Both the position numbers and the translations under genes were made by a program. A stretch of 64,000 bases of DNA. Origin: an uncultured Methanosarcinaceae archaeon (GTDB lineage: Archaea; Halobacteriota; Methanosarcinia; Methanosarcinales; Methanosarcinaceae). Positions 47,427-61,058 of this stretch are shown here, piece by piece. The stretch lies in NCBI GenBank assembly GCA_963727895.1, contig CAVSHT010000004.1:1-64000 (forward strand), written 5' to 3'. Below the pieces are notes generated by a model. It did no database searches and was not told the origin of the DNA. It saw only the letters and a list, made by a program, of their open reading frames with translations. Every line of letters begins with the position of its first letter. The stretch's first letter is position 1.

Positions 47427-47811
47427 ATGCTCCCAAAACAGCAACAACTATTGTTGTAAGATCTGATACCAATACTCGTATAAGTCATTCAAGAGATCCT
47501 TATTATAACCTTATGCGGCGTATCTTTCAAGAAGATGCCACGCGGTTACAGGGCAAAAATTCCTTGTAATGATTGAAGAGCGACAAGCTGCAGGAAATGC
47601 AATCCGAACGGATGAGTGGAAAGTCATTTTGGAAGAACTCCAAATATGTCGTGCTTCATTTTACGCAATGTGCAATAAACTGCTTGGAGCAGGGCTTATC
47701 TCTATAAAAAACAAAGAATACAGGCTTTCAGGCCAGTTTTCAAAGGATCTTCTGGATATGGCTAGCTGGTGGTGGACTGCAATTCTCAATAACCCAGAGG
47801 AAAATCTGTAA
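47427..47811 (+). pseudogene. hypothetical protein (HTH-like C-terminal half), frameshifted
   Basis: MLPKTATTIVVRSD... joins ORF 47569..47811 by a frameshift near 47540; the upstream ~140 bp is duplicated at ~26274-26413. Confidence 0.6.
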
Positions 47812-47949
47812 TGCAAGTATAACCTTTTGTTATTAAGTTAGAAGGTTTCGTTGCAAAAACTTCAGAATAATCATGTAAATCTATAAACAATGAAAAAAAA
47901 GTTAAAAATATTCAAGAAAATTGATTACATTGAGAAAATTTTGTTTTTC

Positions 47950-48198
47950 TTATTCTTTTTCTTCCTTAGTACTCTGAATTTTTGTAAAATTCGCTAATCC
48001 TACCTCATGATCATTGCAATGATGCAGATCTGAAAGCTGAATAACTTTTCCTCCTATCCTAAATACGTGATCCTGTGACCCAAGGGTATAACATGCTGCA
48101 GATACAAACTTTTCTATTGGAATATTTGCAATTTCAAGCTTGTTTCCTGGATAAAGTTTCCTGCAATTCCTACAATAATAAAATGGAGTTATTATCAT
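47950..48198 (-). CDS. hypothetical protein with CxxC and HHC (putative metal-binding)
   Basis: YYCRNCRKLY ... LHHCND. Confidence 0.6.
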   Translation of the reverse strand: MIITPFYYCRNCRKLYPGNKLEIANIPIEKFVSAACYTLGSQDHVFRIGGKVIQLSDLHHCNDHEVGLANFTKIQSTKEEKE

Positions 48199-48682
48199 CG
48201 TTATCTTCTCATTTTGTAAAATGCATTCCTTTATAACTAACGTTTTTGTTACAATACTATATAGTCCATGTGCCAAAAATCAGAAAAATTTTTAGATTTC
48301 AAACTAATTTTGTTCACTCAACAAAATTTTTTGATATCGGCTGATAAAAGCTATGTGAATTAGTAAAAACTCATTTCAAAGACTATGGAATACAATAAAC
48401 CACACATATGCGAAAATTAAATATCAGGAAGCCCATTTCATTTTCGGGTAGAAATTTTTTCCTATCGATAACCCCAATATCAAATACAAAAAACATAGAG
48501 AAACATATAGGCACTTTTTTCAATGTCTATTAATAGCGAAATAAACTAATATCTTATAGTTTTAGAAAATTTGTTATATATTTAAGATTATGTTTCTGAA
48601 TAGTATATTATATCCGGATTAGTGACTTCTTGAAGCTTATGATTTTACAGAAAAATAGTTACACTGCCGAAGATCAGATTGA

Positions 48683-50935
<2,253 letters not shown>

Positions 50936-51058
50936 TCGTAGTATAAATGTCTTTAAGGGCTTAGAGATCTTCAAAACAAACTTGGATTAGCTTTGAAAAC
51001 CGTAAACATGGTTAGATACTGATGAGACATTAAAATCTAGTAACTAAGGTGAACTTAA

Positions 51059-51169
51059 ATGGGTGTATCTGCAAAGGAGAAAGGTATTTTTGTGAGATCT
51101 GCGGTAACGAAGTTACAGTAGAAAAAGTAGGTGGTGGAACTCTTGTTTGTTGTGGTTAGGAGATGATTC
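51059..51169 (+). pseudogene. desulforedoxin / Dfx FeS4-domain protein remnant
   Basis: YFCEICGNEVTVEKVGGGTLVCCG*EM; early frameshift, TAG, and an IS6-type end at 51170. Confidence 0.8.
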
Positions 51170-51213
51170 GGTTCTGTTGCAAAAATCCTAATATTGAAGC
51201 ATTGATCATCGGT

Positions 51214-51461
51214 TAAGGTTCATGTCCAGAAATCTTTTTAAATCTTCTGACATAGTCCAGGAGCCTATCCCAAAACTCAAAATTGCGTCTCTAAATTTCA
51301 AATTCCAAATGACCAATCGAGTCTCCAATTATAATAATAATTCAGAAACTTTTATCGATGTGAGAATCAAATTGTTTTTGGGATGAGCTCCAGTGGAAAT
51401 ATGGAATTCATCGGGAGTTTCGTCGGGTGTTACTGCAGGAGGTCTGTGGACATGAAGGCTA
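51214..51461. mobile_element. MITE (TTCATGTCC... TIR family) containing a nested IS5-type MITE at 51261..51390 (TSD CAG)
   Basis: Uninterrupted sibling at 59700..59827; nested TIR GAGCCTATCCCAAAA. Confidence 0.75.
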
Positions 51462-52296
51462 GTCCATAAACCATCAAACTAGGAGAAAGTGATATGCTTG
51501 TTCCACTTCCTCCTCTCATCATTGTAACGCCGATCATTGGAAATACAGCTGAAAGAAGAGCTCCCAAAATCACTCCAAAAACACCTCCAACAAAACCTAC
51601 CATTGCGGAATTAAACAAAAAAATCATAAGAATATCTTTATTTTTCGCCCCTATAGCTTTCATTGTTCCTATTTCTTTAGTCTTTTCAAGGACAGAAGTA
51701 AACATAGTATTTGCAATTCCTACAGCTCCTACTATAAGCGATACAGCAGCAATTGCTCCCAAAAAGAGTCTCATTGAATCAATCATACTGGTAACAGCAC
51801 TGGCCATTGATGCTGTGGTTGTTACAGTAAAATCCTGATCACTTGCTTTATTAACATGCCTGGAAATCAAGAGCTTTTTTACAATTGCACTGTCTGCTGC
51901 ATCTACAACAGCCGGACTCTGAGCTTCTACTTCAATAGTATCATATACATTTTTTTCTGCATCTGGAATCAAATTTACCGCGGCATTTATAGGCATATAT
52001 ATCTGATTATCTTCTCCTCCACCCTGTTCTTCCAAAATTCCAACAACTCTTACGGACTTTCCATCTACATTTATAATCTGGTTAATTCCAATATTTTTTT
52101 TGTAAATCCCGGTAGCTACTCCGCTTCCGATAACTGCAACATAATTATCTGCTGGTTCAAGTAACCTTCCCGAATCCAGGGTGATTGTGTTCATATACTT
52201 CCAAACCTGTGGATCTACTCCGGTAACGGAAAGAGAAGCACTTTCTGAGTTGTAGCTTATGTTTACTCTACCAGAAATCTCACCAGTAATATATTT
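51462..52296 (-). pseudogene. MacB/FtsX-type ABC transporter permease, truncated at both ends
   Basis: IAAVSLIVGAVGIANTMFTSVLEKTKEIGTMKAIGA; cut by IS1 at the 5' end and by a MITE at the 3' end. Confidence 0.9.
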
Positions 52297-52544
52297 GGCA
52301 TTGGTAAACAAAAATAGATATATGTGCTTATAACATATATTTCTGCATGAACTGCCCAAAATGTAATAGTTCTAATCACAAAAAGAATGGTATAGTTGGC
52401 GGGCGTCAACGCTACAAATGCCATGATTGTGGATATAACTATACAGTAGAGCTAAAATCAACTGCTTTTTCCGCTTCTGTAAAAAGACAGGCTTTACAAC
52501 TCTATCTTGAAGGATTGGGCTTTCGCTCAATAGGACGATTTTAG
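52297..52544 (+). mobile_element. IS1 left fragment ending at the IS110 insertion site
   Basis: GGCATTGGTAAAC end; insA up to FRSIGRF. Confidence 0.9.
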
Positions 52545-54056
52545 CATGAAAGTACATGAGGAGATTATCCTCACGTGCTCTCTTGATCCTTTTTCCCCAT
52601 AATCGCAAATATTCCACTAATTATTTTAATCCGTTCATCAACCGAAAAAAGCTCAGTCTCAATAATCTTTCTCTTTTGGATTTCTCCCTTTTGATATCCG
52701 GTTTCATCTTCGTCCATCTCATCGTTTGTAATAAGATGCCATAGTATCGTTGCAATTTTCCTTGCTAAAGCAATAATTGCTTTTGCATGTCCAATCGACT
52801 TCTTTTTTCTGTTAAAAAACTCTTTTAACCTGCTATTCTTCTTTCTTGCTGCTGCTTGAGCAATCTGTGTCAGAATCCACCTTGCTACTTTTGATCCCCT
52901 CTTTGTGATTCTGCCGTTATAGTATTTATCTGCAGATTGATACACATTAGGAACTAGACCAAGCCAAGAAGCAAGCTTATTTCCAGAAGAAAAATCCTTA
53001 AAGTTGCCTATTTCAGCAAGTAAAATTGCCGCACCAAGTTCCCCTATACCTGGAACTGACATTAAAATCTCCATTTCTCGCTTATGATTTCGAGAAGCAT
53101 AATTGAAAATTTATTTTTCTAAAGCTTCGAGTTCATCATCAAGACTTTTTATGAGTTTTAGACAGATCTGAAGTCTGAATGCAGCACTTTGAGAAATTTC
53201 TCGATCAAGAATTTCTCTTATCTGAGCAGCTTTTTTCCGAACATTTGGAGAGAGGCTTGCAATAATCTGATCAACACTCTTACCTGAAGAGATTCCTAAT
53301 AAAATCATTCTGCCATTCTTGCCAAAAACGTCTGTCAGAACATTATTCAGGTGTAGCATTTCAGATGCAAGAATTGAGTGAGCTTTATTTTTTAAATCTG
53401 TTCTTTTTTGTACAAGTGTTAACCGAAGTCGAACATATGATCTAAAATCTATATGATCCTTTGGAAAAACTCTTGATGGCTGAATCATATTATTAAGTGC
53501 AAGTTGTGCAATGACTTCTGAGTCAATCTTATCTGTTTTTGTATGGGTAAATACCTTCATATCTCGCGCATTTCCAACTATCACAGTTAGATGCTTTACC
53601 AATGAATCATGAATCGGAACCCAAAAGTCGCTGGTTGATTCACATGCAACAACATCACATTTTTCTGATATTACCCAATTTTTAAGGGCTAAAATTCCTT
53701 CATCATCTCTGTTGAAACGTTGCTGTTGTTTTTCACCAGATCTGCTGAGAATTGTAGCAATGAAAAAGAGTTTGTGAATGTCTAAACCACAAGCTTTGTT
53801 TACAATATCTACCAATTAAAATCACCAAAGTTATTTGGGCAGTGAAATGATCTCAAAGGCAATTTGACATCTGTGATCAAGGTCACATTTGAGCCTTCGG
53901 CGGTATTTAGTGGTTAGTTTTAGTAAGGTTTTGAAAAACCAAAATAAAGACAACCTTACTGCCCAACATTACAAGGGCTTAGTAGTCAAAAAAGAGAAGG
54001 TAAAGTACTTTCATGTATTTGTGCCTGTTATTCGAAGAATTTCATGTATGTTTTAG
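52545..54056 (-). mobile_element. IS110-family element, frameshifted, copy 2 (IS1 on the left, IS6 left end on the right)
   Basis: ORFs 53111..53815 and 52571..53074; TTTTAG at both junctions. Confidence 0.93.
53835..53966 (-). ncRNA. candidate IS110 bridge/seek RNA, copy 2
   Basis: Same closing stem TTGGGCAGT/ACTGCCCAA and internal stems as 32979..33112. Confidence 0.6.
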
Positions 54057-54090
54057 TATATCCCTAGCAGATATTTTTTGCAACGGAACC

Positions 54091-54255
54091 GACTTCCCAA
54101 TAGCAAGTGACTTCTTTATAAACTCAATGGCTTTTTTAGCATCACCAAGAGCACTGTATGCGTTCCCCAGATTGCCAAGCCAAACTCCTTCGTTACGTAT
54201 ATCACCTATTTCTCTTGCAATTTTCAAGGTATGTTCATAATAATCAATGGACTTT
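54091..54255 (-). pseudogene. TPR-repeat protein fragment between IS6-type ends
   Basis: IDYYEHTLKIAREIGDIRNEGVWLGNLGNAYSALGDAKKAIE. Confidence 0.8.
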
Positions 54256-54461
54256 GTTCAATGGAACCATTATACAAAATATATAAAATACGGTGCAAAA
54301 ATTTAATTTTGAGGCTTTTTGCATAGCTGACAAAATAGAAAGATAAATAATGGTCTTCTGCAAAATTTACAATTGTATATTCAAAATAATGTAATAGTTT
54401 TAGCTCATTGTTTTTGTTTATAAACTGATTTATGTGAGCTTTAAAAGCAAAACTGAGGCAT

Positions 54462-55922
54462 ATGATGAGAAAAAAATATTTTAAGTACATTAGTGAAAAC
54501 TGGATAAAAATAAGATCTTATATTTTAGTTCTTACTTTATTAATTATGCTGGATGCATTTGGTGTTTATATTCTAGTGCATTCAAGTTCTTCACTTTCAT
54601 TGCCAAATAATACTGTCTATGTTGCTACAGATGGGAGAGGAAATTTCAATTGTAATGGAAGCGATGACCAGGTAGAAATAAATGAAGCTCTTGCATATGT
54701 CACAGAAAATCAGCAGTTCACAACTGTTCACTTGAAAGGTCCAAACACATACATTCTTTCCGATACTATTCTAATTGGAAATAATACCACCCTTGAAGGT
54801 GACCCTACAGCCGTAATAAAGCTTAAAGATAAAGCGGATTGGCCAGTTGCTAAACCTCTGATAACACAGATCAACAAAACCGGAGCCTGTGGAATTACTA
54901 TAAAAGGATTTGAAATCAACGGAAATCATGACAATAATTTAGATAGACCAAAAGGATATGGATATTACAATATGATTCATTTCTTCAATTCTACGGATAT
55001 TCAAGTCCATGACATGTATATGCACGATGGCCATGGGGAAGGATTAAAAGTATACAATAGTTACAATATTCAGTTTTATAATAATATTATATATAAAACG
55101 GGGCATAATGGTCTTTTTGATGAAAATTGCCAGAATGTAGATGCCTGGAACAACACAATAACTGTCAGGACTGACAGTGGTTTTAGAAATAAAAACTCAA
55201 ACCATGTAAAAATTCATGATAATAATATAACTTCCTTTTATGACTGGAGTGCAGGTGGCGCTGGAATTATGATTGAGAAAACAACAGGCATCGTTAACGA
55301 TATTGAAATATATAATAATACTATTCAAAATACTTATGGGCCTGGAATATGGTTAATAGGTTGTTTTGAACTTTATCCAAAAGATGAAGCTAAGAATGTT
55401 CACATTTATAAAAATGTCTTTAGTAATACTGGTACAAACCCACATATTGACTGGGTAGGAGGGATAGTAACAAGTGGATTTTATGATACCCTCATCGAAA
55501 ACAATACATTTGATGGGGTATATCACGGTGCAATTATTCAGATGTATCCAAAAAGTGGTACTCACATTTATCCTACATATAATAATTCAGGTCACATTGA
55601 TCTTTCACCCAAAGGTATAGGATATACAACAATTGTCCGTAACAATATCATCGCAAATACCAAACAACGCAAAAAAGATCCAAATGGAACTGGATATGGG
55701 GTAATTAATTATCTTCCAAAAACACATACTATTATATTGGAGCATAACTGTCTGTACAATAACTATGCAGGTAACTATCTAAACTGTACATCAACCACTG
55801 ATATCTATGTAGATCCTCTCCTTTTAGACCAAGATATTGGTGCAGGGTATTCTTCAGAAGAACATCCACAAGGTATTAATCAAACAATGATAAACTCTAT
55901 ATTTAAAAGTGAATATTCATAA
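54462..55922 (+). CDS. right-handed parallel beta-helix protein (disaggregatase-related type)
   Basis: N-terminal TM; VYVATDGRGNFNCNGSDDQVEINEAL; repeated I.NN.I motifs. Confidence 0.88.
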   Translation: MMRKKYFKYISENWIKIRSYILVLTLLIMLDAFGVYILVHSSSSLSLPNNTVYVATDGRGNFNCNGSDDQVEINEALAYVTENQQFTTVHLKGPNTYILSDTILIGNNTTLEGDPTAVIKLKDKADWPVAKPLITQINKTGACGITIKGFEINGNHDNNLDRPKGYGYYNMIHFFNSTDIQVHDMYMHDGHGEGLKVYNSYNIQFYNNIIYKTGHNGLFDENCQNVDAWNNTITVRTDSGFRNKNSNHVKIHDNNITSFYDWSAGGAGIMIEKTTGIVNDIEIYNNTIQNTYGPGIWLIGCFELYPKDEAKNVHIYKNVFSNTGTNPHIDWVGGIVTSGFYDTLIENNTFDGVYHGAIIQMYPKSGTHIYPTYNNSGHIDLSPKGIGYTTIVRNNIIANTKQRKKDPNGTGYGVINYLPKTHTIILEHNCLYNNYAGNYLNCTSTTDIYVDPLLLDQDIGAGYSSEEHPQGINQTMINSIFKSEYS

Positions 55923-56742
55923 GGTACCTGTACCTGCATTGATTTCTATCAATGACGTGGTTCCGTTGCAAAAAATCTCCAGAGTGTACGTTTTAAGGAG
56001 GATTCAACTCTAATACTACTGTTTTTCTCTGCTATGGAAAGACCAAGAGAGAGATATAAAATTAATGATATTAATCTATATGTTTACCTGCCGAATCTAG
56101 GATTTTTGCAATAGCACCCAAAAAGAGGAGCATTTTTAGTAGTCTTTTTTATAATATTTAGAGGAATAGTAGATTTTTGGAGATTTCTACAAAGCCAATG
56201 TAAATTGAACTTAATTTATAGGACTGTTTTCATTAATTACACAAAACACTATATAATCCTATAAAATGTGGCAACAATCTAAACTTCTTGTAACACTAAC
56301 TAAATTTATTTTAAATATTTTAACTAGATCTATAAAATTTCTATTAATATTTTTCATGTATACTATTTAAAAAACTTTGACCACATAAGCCAAATTTATA
56401 TAATCAGTGTAACCTAATTTCATCAATAACATAAGATACTTTATCATGGGGAAAATTATATGCAATTTATAAAATTCAGTGTATCTATCATTGAATAGTT
56501 CGTCTATTAAAAGAGTAAGCATTTTCTCAAAAGTCATTGAATTATTCCTTTGTATAGAAAAATTTGGATTTTTAAAGAATTTTAGAGTTATAAGAAAAAT
56601 AAATCATACTAAATTTTATAATGTTAAATGATAAAATATCAAAAAGATAAAGAGAAACACTTTAAAATAATCAAACTCTGATTCAACCTATTAGATATTA
56701 TTGATAAGATCTGAATTCAGAGTCCGTTTGGGAGTGAGACAG

Positions 56743-58008
56743 ATGATAAACCTAAAGCAGATGATTCTCTCGCTAATGTGCTTTTCTATTTTATTAAACA
56801 TTCCTATTGTATCATGTAGTTCTCAAGTCGTTTATGTTGCAGGAGATGGCACTGGTAACTATAATTGCGATGGTAAAGTTGATGATATACAGATAAACCA
56901 AGCTCTTAGTTATGCTGCTAATCACCCCGGTACAATAGTATATCTAAAAGGGCCATTTGTTTATGATATAAGAAGTTCTTGTTTAATTGGATCAAATACT
57001 GAACTTACAGGAGACTCTAATGTAAAACTCAAATTAACAAATAATGCTGGGTGGACAACCAAAAGTGCAGGAACTCCAATTATAGGTCAATTAGGAGGCA
57101 CGGGAACTGTTGTTCATGATATAAAAATACATGGATTTGAAATAGACGGTAATGAAGGTGCTCAATCAGGTTCTGGAGGAAATGATCTGTATAGAGTAAT
57201 TTCTTTCCAAGGATCAAGTAGTGCATCTGTATATAATATTCAAGTATATAATATGAATTTACATGATGCAAAAGGCGATGGATTTAGATGTACATATGGA
57301 AAAAACATCTATTATTGTAACAATATTGGAAATAACTTACAGCATACTTGTGTAATGTATTCTTGTATTAATTCAGGAGAAATACATGACAATATTGCTC
57401 ATCAGTGTACTTGCTCAGGAGATAGACTAGACAACTGCCAAAATATTACAGTATATAATGAAAAAATTTTACCATATTCTGGCACTACAACATATCCAAA
57501 AGACAAACAAGGTTATGCATTATCTGACACCGGTATACAAATAATCAATGCAGCTTCTTCTCCGTCTACTTCAAAAATAACAATTCACGATTGTGATATT
57601 ATGTCTGGAGTCAACGGCATTTGGCTCAATAACTTAAATGATGCATCAAATGTTATTATCTATAATAATGTTATACATGATAGTGGATTTGAAAGCGTGG
57701 ATGTCACTCGAAATGGCGGACTTGCAATTAATAAATGTGAGAATGGAATTACAATCAAAAATAATAATATCACAGGTTCTTATGTTGCTGGAATAAATGT
57801 TAATAGTGCAGTTTCGGGTACTCGCAAAGTAACTGTTACAAACAATAATATTATGGATGGCAAAACTGGATATGCTATAAAAAATAGTGTTTCCTCATAT
57901 GTTAATTTAATTTTAACTCATAACTATATATATGGGAATCCAGCTAAATTTTATCCATCTTCTCTTGTTAATACAAATCCGGCAACATCTCCAAACAAGA
58001 AGATTTAA
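56743..58008 (+). CDS. secreted right-handed beta-helix protein, paralogue of the previous gene
   Basis: Signal peptide; VYVAGDGTGNYNCDGKVDDIQINQAL. Confidence 0.88.
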   Translation: MINLKQMILSLMCFSILLNIPIVSCSSQVVYVAGDGTGNYNCDGKVDDIQINQALSYAANHPGTIVYLKGPFVYDIRSSCLIGSNTELTGDSNVKLKLTNNAGWTTKSAGTPIIGQLGGTGTVVHDIKIHGFEIDGNEGAQSGSGGNDLYRVISFQGSSSASVYNIQVYNMNLHDAKGDGFRCTYGKNIYYCNNIGNNLQHTCVMYSCINSGEIHDNIAHQCTCSGDRLDNCQNITVYNEKILPYSGTTTYPKDKQGYALSDTGIQIINAASSPSTSKITIHDCDIMSGVNGIWLNNLNDASNVIIYNNVIHDSGFESVDVTRNGGLAINKCENGITIKNNNITGSYVAGINVNSAVSGTRKVTVTNNNIMDGKTGYAIKNSVSSYVNLILTHNYIYGNPAKFYPSSLVNTNPATSPNKKI

Positions 58009-58027
58009 ATTAAAATTTAGTCGACTG

Positions 58028-59083
58028 GTTCCGTTGCAAACAAATTATGAAAGGGATTTACTGAAATAATAGAAATATAGGAGTATATGTTATGCCAGTA
58101 AATTCCTTTAAATTGAAACATTATGCAGGGGAGATTATTTGGTTCCGTTGCAAAAAATCTTAGAATAAGCATGTAAATCTATGGATAATGAACAAAAGTT
58201 AAAATATTAGAGAAGATGTATCAATATTACAGAACTATTCCAAATAATCAATTGATTACTGGTATTTTGATGGCAGTTTTGTAAATCATAATTGCCTATG
58301 TGTTTATCATAGAATTTTTGCATTTGATATGGGGTTATCGAAGAAAACTCTTATATTCTCATAATCTTTGGAATTGATTTGAACTCAAACACATAGCAAG
58401 CTTTAACCGATATCGTTTTTATTTGTTGAGTAAACAAACTCAACGAATTCGCTAGATTTTATTTATAAATGATCTGAGGTATTAGTGAAAAAAGGTGGGA
58501 ACTGTAAGGAAGGATATTACTCTTTGCTTGTTAATTTCAGAATTTCTTCTATTATCTGGTTTTTTATGCTGTTTGTTACTCTCTTTATTTTCTTCCTCTT
58601 CCATTTCTTTCCTGAATTCTATATAATCCCTCTCGACTTCTTCTATCTTGTTTTCCATTTGTGATCTCCATCCAATATTAGCAAGTCACACTCTATTTAT
58701 ATATTTTGGAATAATCTAGTATTTTTTTGAGTCGTTCAAATTCTCCTTCTAAGAATTCCCCATTCTATGAGCCTCTTTTCTATGTATCTCATTTCGTAAT
58801 CTGTAAAAGATAGGCTCTGGTAATGTCTAATAAAGCAACAATAACATAAAAATGTTGACTAGATTTTAGGAGATCTACATAAACTTGATTACTGGGGCCA
58901 AAACGAGTATGGTTATAAAAGGACAAATCAATAATCTAAATTACTCTGGTCTTAACGAAGCTAAATATATTAATCAATTATTTGGAATAGTTCTATAATA
59001 TTGATAAATCTTCTTGAGTATTTTAACTTTTGTTCATTATTCATAGATTTACAGACTTATTCTAAGATTTTTGCAATGGAACC
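58028..59083. mobile_element. cluster of degenerate IS6 ends and MITE remnants
   Basis: Left-end relic 58028-58140, right end 58141-58250 (-), right end ~58905-59083 (+). Confidence 0.75.
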
Positions 59084-59362
59084 GGTAAAAGTAAATTTCA
59101 TGTATTTGCTGAAAATTTAAATATTTAATAAAGTTTATGAAACAACCTCAAGCAACGTATTCAACTTTACACTTGTCTAACAAAATTGTTGCATGTTTTT
59201 CGAGTTGGAAAATTCTCCATTGAATTTGAAGAGGATATGTTTATACTTTAATTAGTTGGCATTTTTAAAATCTGTATTCAATTAGTGATAAATATAATAA
59301 AGTTATAAAGTTGATAATTAACCAATATTTTTAAAAATTTATTGAATGAATGTGAGTCTATA

Positions 59363-59557
59363 ATGAAAAAATCAAGTTACATAATATTATTTATTTCCCT
59401 GATTGCCTTTTTTTCAGTTTATAACTCTTTGTTTTTGACTGCACCCATAAAATTCTCAGCGATTTTTGGAGTAATTATTGTATCAATAATTGAATCATTT
59501 CCACTATTTCTAATCATAGCCCTAATTATGATTATATTAACTCATAATCAAAAATAG
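59363..59557 (+). CDS. small two-TM membrane protein
   Basis: MKKSSYIILF...; downstream hairpin CAGGGAAC/GTTCCCTG (59580-59608). Confidence 0.5.
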   Translation: MKKSSYIILFISLIAFFSVYNSLFLTAPIKFSAIFGVIIVSIIESFPLFLIIALIMIILTHNQK

Positions 59558-59699
59558 TCATATATTTTAACATTTTTCACAGGGAACCTCAACAGCAAAA
59601 GTTCCCTGCTTAAAGTAGGTATGGTAGATGTTTAAGTACAATCTTAATACACTATATAACTTGATAAACTCCGTAGAATGAATCATCCTAATTATTGCT

Positions 59700-59827
59700 T
59701 AGTGTTCATGTTCACAGATCTTCCTTAGTAAATCTGATTTAAATCTTCTGATATAGTCCAGTAAATATGAAATTCACAGGGAGTTTCATTAAGTGTTATT
59801 GTAGGAGGTCTGTGGACATGAACTCTA
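59700..59827. mobile_element. MITE, 128 bp
   Basis: TAGTGTTCATGTTCACAGA ... TCTGTGGACATGAACTCTA. Confidence 0.8.
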
Positions 59828-60078
59828 AGGTTATATTAGTATCCGGGTCGTGTTGCAAAAATTTTAATATTTGGGGAGCAGAGCAAAAAGGACGCGTGTT
59901 GTTGCAATTGCAACCCCCTAAAATCATATCTAATAAGTAAAAAGAGAAGACCATTGGCGTCAACCGATGGATAATACATAGAAGGCATATTGGTCTGAGA
60001 AGTTGCAAATAACATTCTTTATTTGTAACTCCTGAACATTTGTATACTTCACTGCTCAAACTACTTAGTCCAAATCTC

Positions 60079-60831
60079 TTATTTAATGTAGTACGTTACC
60101 TGTACTGACATTGAAACAGTAGACTCACCTGGCTGAATAGGAATGGAAACTGATCCCGCTGCTGTTTCTGTTGGCGTCTTGTATTCGGAATTTACTATAG
60201 AACCGCTGTTTTCACTTATAGATGACGTCTGAACGCCGGTTATCTTAGCACCCAGGCTCTTAGCAAGCGAAGTGGCTTTAGAGAATGCATCTGCTACTGC
60301 TTCATTCATCAGTTCCTCACGAAGCTGTTTTTGCTTGTCATCGGATACCGAGAATGAAATGCTTCCAATATCATTAGCTCCGGCGGCTGTGGACCTGTCA
60401 ATTATCTCACTCAGGTTGTTGAGTTTCTTGGTTGTGACCTGCACACTGTTGGATGCAGAGTAGCCTTTGATTGTTTGCGTATCATTCGCATTGTAGTTGT
60501 ATACCGGGGATACGGAAACATAGGATGTCTGTATTTCCTTGTTCTGCAATCCCATTGCTTTGAGTCCTGCTATTACAGTGCTCATAAGGACTGCGTTTTT
60601 ATCTGTCGCTTCCTTTGCAGTTTCAGATTGAACTACAACACCGATGTTCAATGTTGCCGTGTCAGGGATAACTTTCTGTTCAGCATATCCACTAATGGAA
60701 ATAGTATTTTTCGTATCTTTTTCGGATCCACTCTGTGAAATGACATATATCGTTGCTGACATCAGCACTAGAATAACTGATAGCGCAATGATAACATAAT
60801 AAAGCTTATCGTTTTTATTTTCCTGTGGCAT
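60079..60831 (-). CDS. SIMPL/DUF541 domain protein
   Basis: TISISG.AEQKVIPDTA, GYSASNSVQV, AVADA..KA..LA, IQPGE..V...VQVTY. Confidence 0.92.
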   Translation of the reverse strand: MPQENKNDKLYYVIIALSVILVLMSATIYVISQSGSEKDTKNTISISGYAEQKVIPDTATLNIGVVVQSETAKEATDKNAVLMSTVIAGLKAMGLQNKEIQTSYVSVSPVYNYNANDTQTIKGYSASNSVQVTTKKLNNLSEIIDRSTAAGANDIGSISFSVSDDKQKQLREELMNEAVADAFSKATSLAKSLGAKITGVQTSSISENSGSIVNSEYKTPTETAAGSVSIPIQPGESTVSMSVQVTYYIK

Positions 60832-60920
60832 TTTCACATACTCCTTTTTCAATACTTTGTTAACTGATGATTCGACCAATTCTAGCAATTAATAAATGCA
60901 CACATACATATTAAAAAGTT

Positions 60921-61011
60921 AGGTACTGTGTAGTCTATGGGGTCTGGGATAAATTTTCAGCATTCTGTGACGTCTGTCATAAAGTCAAACCCCGTAGACT
61001 ACACAGAACCT
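60921..61011. mobile_element. 91-bp MITE/palindrome with 23-bp IR
   Basis: AGGTACTGTGTAGTCTATGGGGT vs ACCCCGTAGACTACACAGAACCT (21/23). Confidence 0.7.
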
Positions 61012-61058
61012 CTCAAACTCATTAAAGGTTCATAGTAGGATTCTGTAGCAACTAATGC

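Noticed and set aside
51157..51162. In-frame TAG in the desulforedoxin-like ORF as a pyrrolysine codon
   Set aside because: The position corresponds to CCG-Q-EM (CAG to TAG), and the ORF also has a frameshift and abuts an IS end, so decay is the simpler explanation.
59796..60059. 87-aa ORF sharing the C-terminus FMSTDLLQ with the permease
   Set aside because: The shared tail is MITE sequence; the ORF is likely spurious.
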